A DNA stretch of 62,883 nucleotides, the filler included, from Choristocarpus tenellus KU-1152 (taxonomy: Eukaryota; Protista; Phaeophyceae): assembly GCA_964200185.2 (NCBI GenBank). It is 9 parts of 9 records of this genome, joined end to end, with 100 filler letters (N's around TTAATTAATTAA, not from the genome) between each part and the next. Parts side by side here need not be neighbours in the genome. Positions count along the whole stretch, not along the records: positions 55,383 to 62,883 come from CAXNAD020006058.1; 8 more parts are not named here. One strand, given 5' to 3'. This document shows positions 60,301 to 62,883 of this stretch, piece after piece. A program made the translations under genes and the position numbers. The notes under the pieces were generated by a model, which had not been told where the DNA came from, did no database searches, and worked only from the letters and a program-made list of their open reading frames with translations. Within the stretch, counting starts at the first letter, position 1, and each line of letters begins with the position of its first letter.

Positions 60301-62674
60301 TCCATGCTTGCTGAGGCTTGCCAGTAGTTGCATGACTTTACTACCCTCCTTCAGCTTCTCCCTTGATGTTGGAGAAGCCCGTGACATCATGAAAAGGGCA
60401 CACAGAGCATTGGTGATGACCTTGGGCCTCTGTTTGGACCAGTCGTCTGGACTTCCCACCAGTCTTAGGGCAAGTTCAGCTCCCCTGCACATATGTGATC
60501 GGGGCAGAGAGACGCACATCAACATGAACCAAAGTGTGGCTTGACCTTTGTACCAAAATATCTCAAAGACTTTGGGGAATGCCTGCCTCATTGACCTCTT
60601 GAAACGTGTGTTAGATTCCTTCGCAAGGAGAAAATTAACTGGACAGTGCTGGAGTGATCTTCAAAATTTCCGCTTTTCTTCAACGTAGGTTTGCAAGTCA
60701 TCATAAAGAGGGGATGATACCCACCTGGATGCACCAACAAAATAAAATTATCTGCAATTATCTTCTGTTCTATTGCCATTATGAGCCCAAGTATCTCAGA
60801 GGGTAGAGCCGCGTCCATTTGGGAGTCAAAATCCTATGTTGCGATTTTGATGTAATTTTGTGGCTATCGTGTTTGTTAGGAAGTGTCAATATCCATGTTC
60901 CAGACACACCTTTTCATGGCATACACAATTTACCTACTCCGAAACATTTTGGAGTAGGAAAATGCCATAAAAGAACCCATGGGAAGCCAAGCCCCTAATG
61001 GACATACAGGGCAAAACTCTTACCCTCTAAGATAGTTTCTCTCTATGCCTTGACCAAACAATATGATGCTTTGAATAGCATACTTCAGACCTACACTTCC
61101 ATGACAGTGATTTTTTTTCCAACCCATCCAATTGCTAATGTATCAACTTCTTGTGCTTTCAGCTCCCAGGCACGACCATAACCTTCCCTGTCTGAATATC
61201 AGTTATGTCAAGCTGATTGAGTCAATGGCTCCAGTGCGTTCAGTCTGTCAGTGCAAGCTTCCCATGTTGAAACATCTTCCCATTTTGCCATAACTCTTCA
61301 CCAATACGTTTCTCACCCTTGAATGATAACAAGCTCACGATTAGTGGAGTCATTACTCAGCAGCGCTAGTGTTGCCATGATCAAATCTTGGGCAGATCTG
61401 TAGAGGGGTTTCCATGAGCTTGCTATCAGGTCATTGATGCAAAAAATATATTCAAGAAAAATGTAAAGTGCCTGCACTTACTGCAGGAGAGAAAAATATA
61501 GAACAGCAATAGTACCCTATTCATCAGGCCCAGAAAACTCAAGAATCCATACAAAGAATGAATGTCCAGGACAAGTGCATCGCTATGACTCTATGTCACA
61601 TATCAAGTACTTGCATCGGTGTGAATATTTCCTTTTGTATCTTGTTCCCTGCCCTCACTCTTACAGCTGTTGTAGTTACTACTTCAAGTATTGATGTATC
61701 ATATGTCATCATTTTGACATAGCTCTGAGGTGCTCTAAGGAGAACAAGACACCGAAAGCGGTTGGGTCATATGAGCGGTGCACAACGGAGAGATACTATT
61801 CCCGATTGGTTGCCTTTGTTTTACATGTATTCCTCTTCTACTCTACTTGTGACATGATGGTAACCCTTATCTCTCCCACTACAACAGACATGGCAAAATG
61901 TATCCAGGCACAAGGCAAATAAGGCTCTCATTCATTTATCCCTTTGTAAGGTTTGTCCTGTATTTATCACAAACTCGAGGCACCTGATATCTGTGAACTT
62001 GTTGATTACTGATATCATCCCTTTGTCCAAGAGATCTCGCTGAAGCTCCACACTCATTTGCGCAAGGTTGTAGATAACTACAGAGGAATCATACAGGACT
62101 GCTTCATCCTCTGCCAAGCTGGCAGCATCAATGAGACAACATGCAAGGGCTCCTGAACCTTGGTCGACCAGAAATGACATCAAATCGCATCGTGCTTCAG
62201 GTTGGCCAGAAAGGGGTAGAGAGAAGGCAATAATTGATGTGGATTAGACATGGCTGATGTGTGAACTTTGTGCAGGGTAGTATTAGCGTTACAAGTGCTG
62301 CTGTAGATGAAAAAAAAATAGTTCAGGGATCCCATAGCTTCTTATCACTGTTCTTCGAAAGCATTTCACAACCAACACACACATGGACACAGGTATTTGA
62401 TCTACTACAGCTTCTAAGATCTATTTGTGGATTGATTTAGTTGTATGTCCTTTGCTTCCTTACCCCCATTGTCCACTGCTGGTGTTACCAGGAGTCCTTT
62501 TCTGACCCTTTGCCAAACCTTGAGTTTCCCTAGCCCCAGGAGCACCGGATTGAGGGCAATGTGTGCTGGTGAGGCAGCGGAGAGCAGCAGCCAAGAGGGT
62601 CAGCCCTGATGGGGACTGGTTAACCTCCATTACTTGACCCAGTACACGGATTGTGCCAGCCTCAATCATGCGAC
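57372..62674 (-). CDS. Armadillo/ARM-repeat protein, C-terminal 8 exons; 5' end outside the window
   Basis: Exons 62674-62519, 62194-61984, 61397-61317, 60484-60283, 59811-59584, 59099-58977, 58688-58572, 58231-58022 and terminal 57629-57372 (nine segments counting the terminal exon) are all GT-AG and phase-consistent with no stops. ARM-like helices: MIEAGTIRVL, AAALRCLT, VIYNLA, DKGMISVI, ATLALLS, ALSNLT, EEGTVSALI. Confidence 0.85.
60783..61043 (+). mobile_element. MITE family A, copy 10 (intronic)
   Basis: Both TIRs present; flanks TAT/TAT. Confidence 0.9.
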
Positions 62675-62843
62675 CTTCCAAAAAGGAAGAGGGATAGAGA
62701 GGAATATTTCATCGCACAAGTCCAGTTCTGGGGCATTGGGTTGCATGGTAGCACAGTGAAGCAGTTACTTTTGAAGCTACCAGTTATTCTCAAAACATCT
62801 ACAAGATTAGTCCAGCATGTTGCTATAGAGAGCACAAAGCTAT

Positions 62844-62883
62844 GGCTCAAAGTATCTGGGAGGGGGTGGCGGCTGTCCATTTG
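62844..62883 (+). mobile_element. MITE family C start at window end
   Basis: GGCTCAAAGTATCTGGGAGGGGGTGGCGGCTGTCCATTTG. Confidence 0.85.

Overview
This is eukaryotic, repeat-rich draft-assembly DNA. It consists of nine contigs (1-4256, 4357-8627, 8728-12726, 12827-18380, 18481-27231, 27332-44504, 44605-51043, 51144-55282, 55383-62883) joined by artificial 100-nt spacers (N44-TTAATTAATTAA-N44), so adjacency across spacers cannot be assumed. Short exons, kb-size introns, a (CCCTAA)4 tract and the retroelement types suggest a stramenopile, possibly a brown alga or relative; this is inference only. I could splice two host genes by hand, both on the minus strand and both missing their 5' ends. One is a 12-exon Patched/NPC1-related sterol-sensing RND protein (30742-43929) with an in-frame TGA, a 1-nt phase conflict at its last junction and an apparent GC-AG intron. 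The other is an 8-exon armadillo-repeat protein (57372-62674). Two weaker exon pairs lie at 2547-3352 (PH-like) and 55533-55831. The rest is transposon material: a decayed chromodomain Ty3/gypsy, two decayed Ty1/copia elements (one with a head-to-head inverted gag), a CRE-like non-LTR RT fragment, a probable tRNA-derived SINE, and many non-autonomous inverted-repeat elements. These include family A (10 copies), poly-G family C (10 pieces, mostly at contig ends), family D (3 copies), small TG..CA elements and three long foldbacks. I found no CRISPR array, rRNA or intact tRNA, and no convincing new multi-gene system. The best leads are the related MITE families, a three-level nested insertion whose removal restores an RT frame, a CpG-decay signature, and the damaged Patched-like gene.
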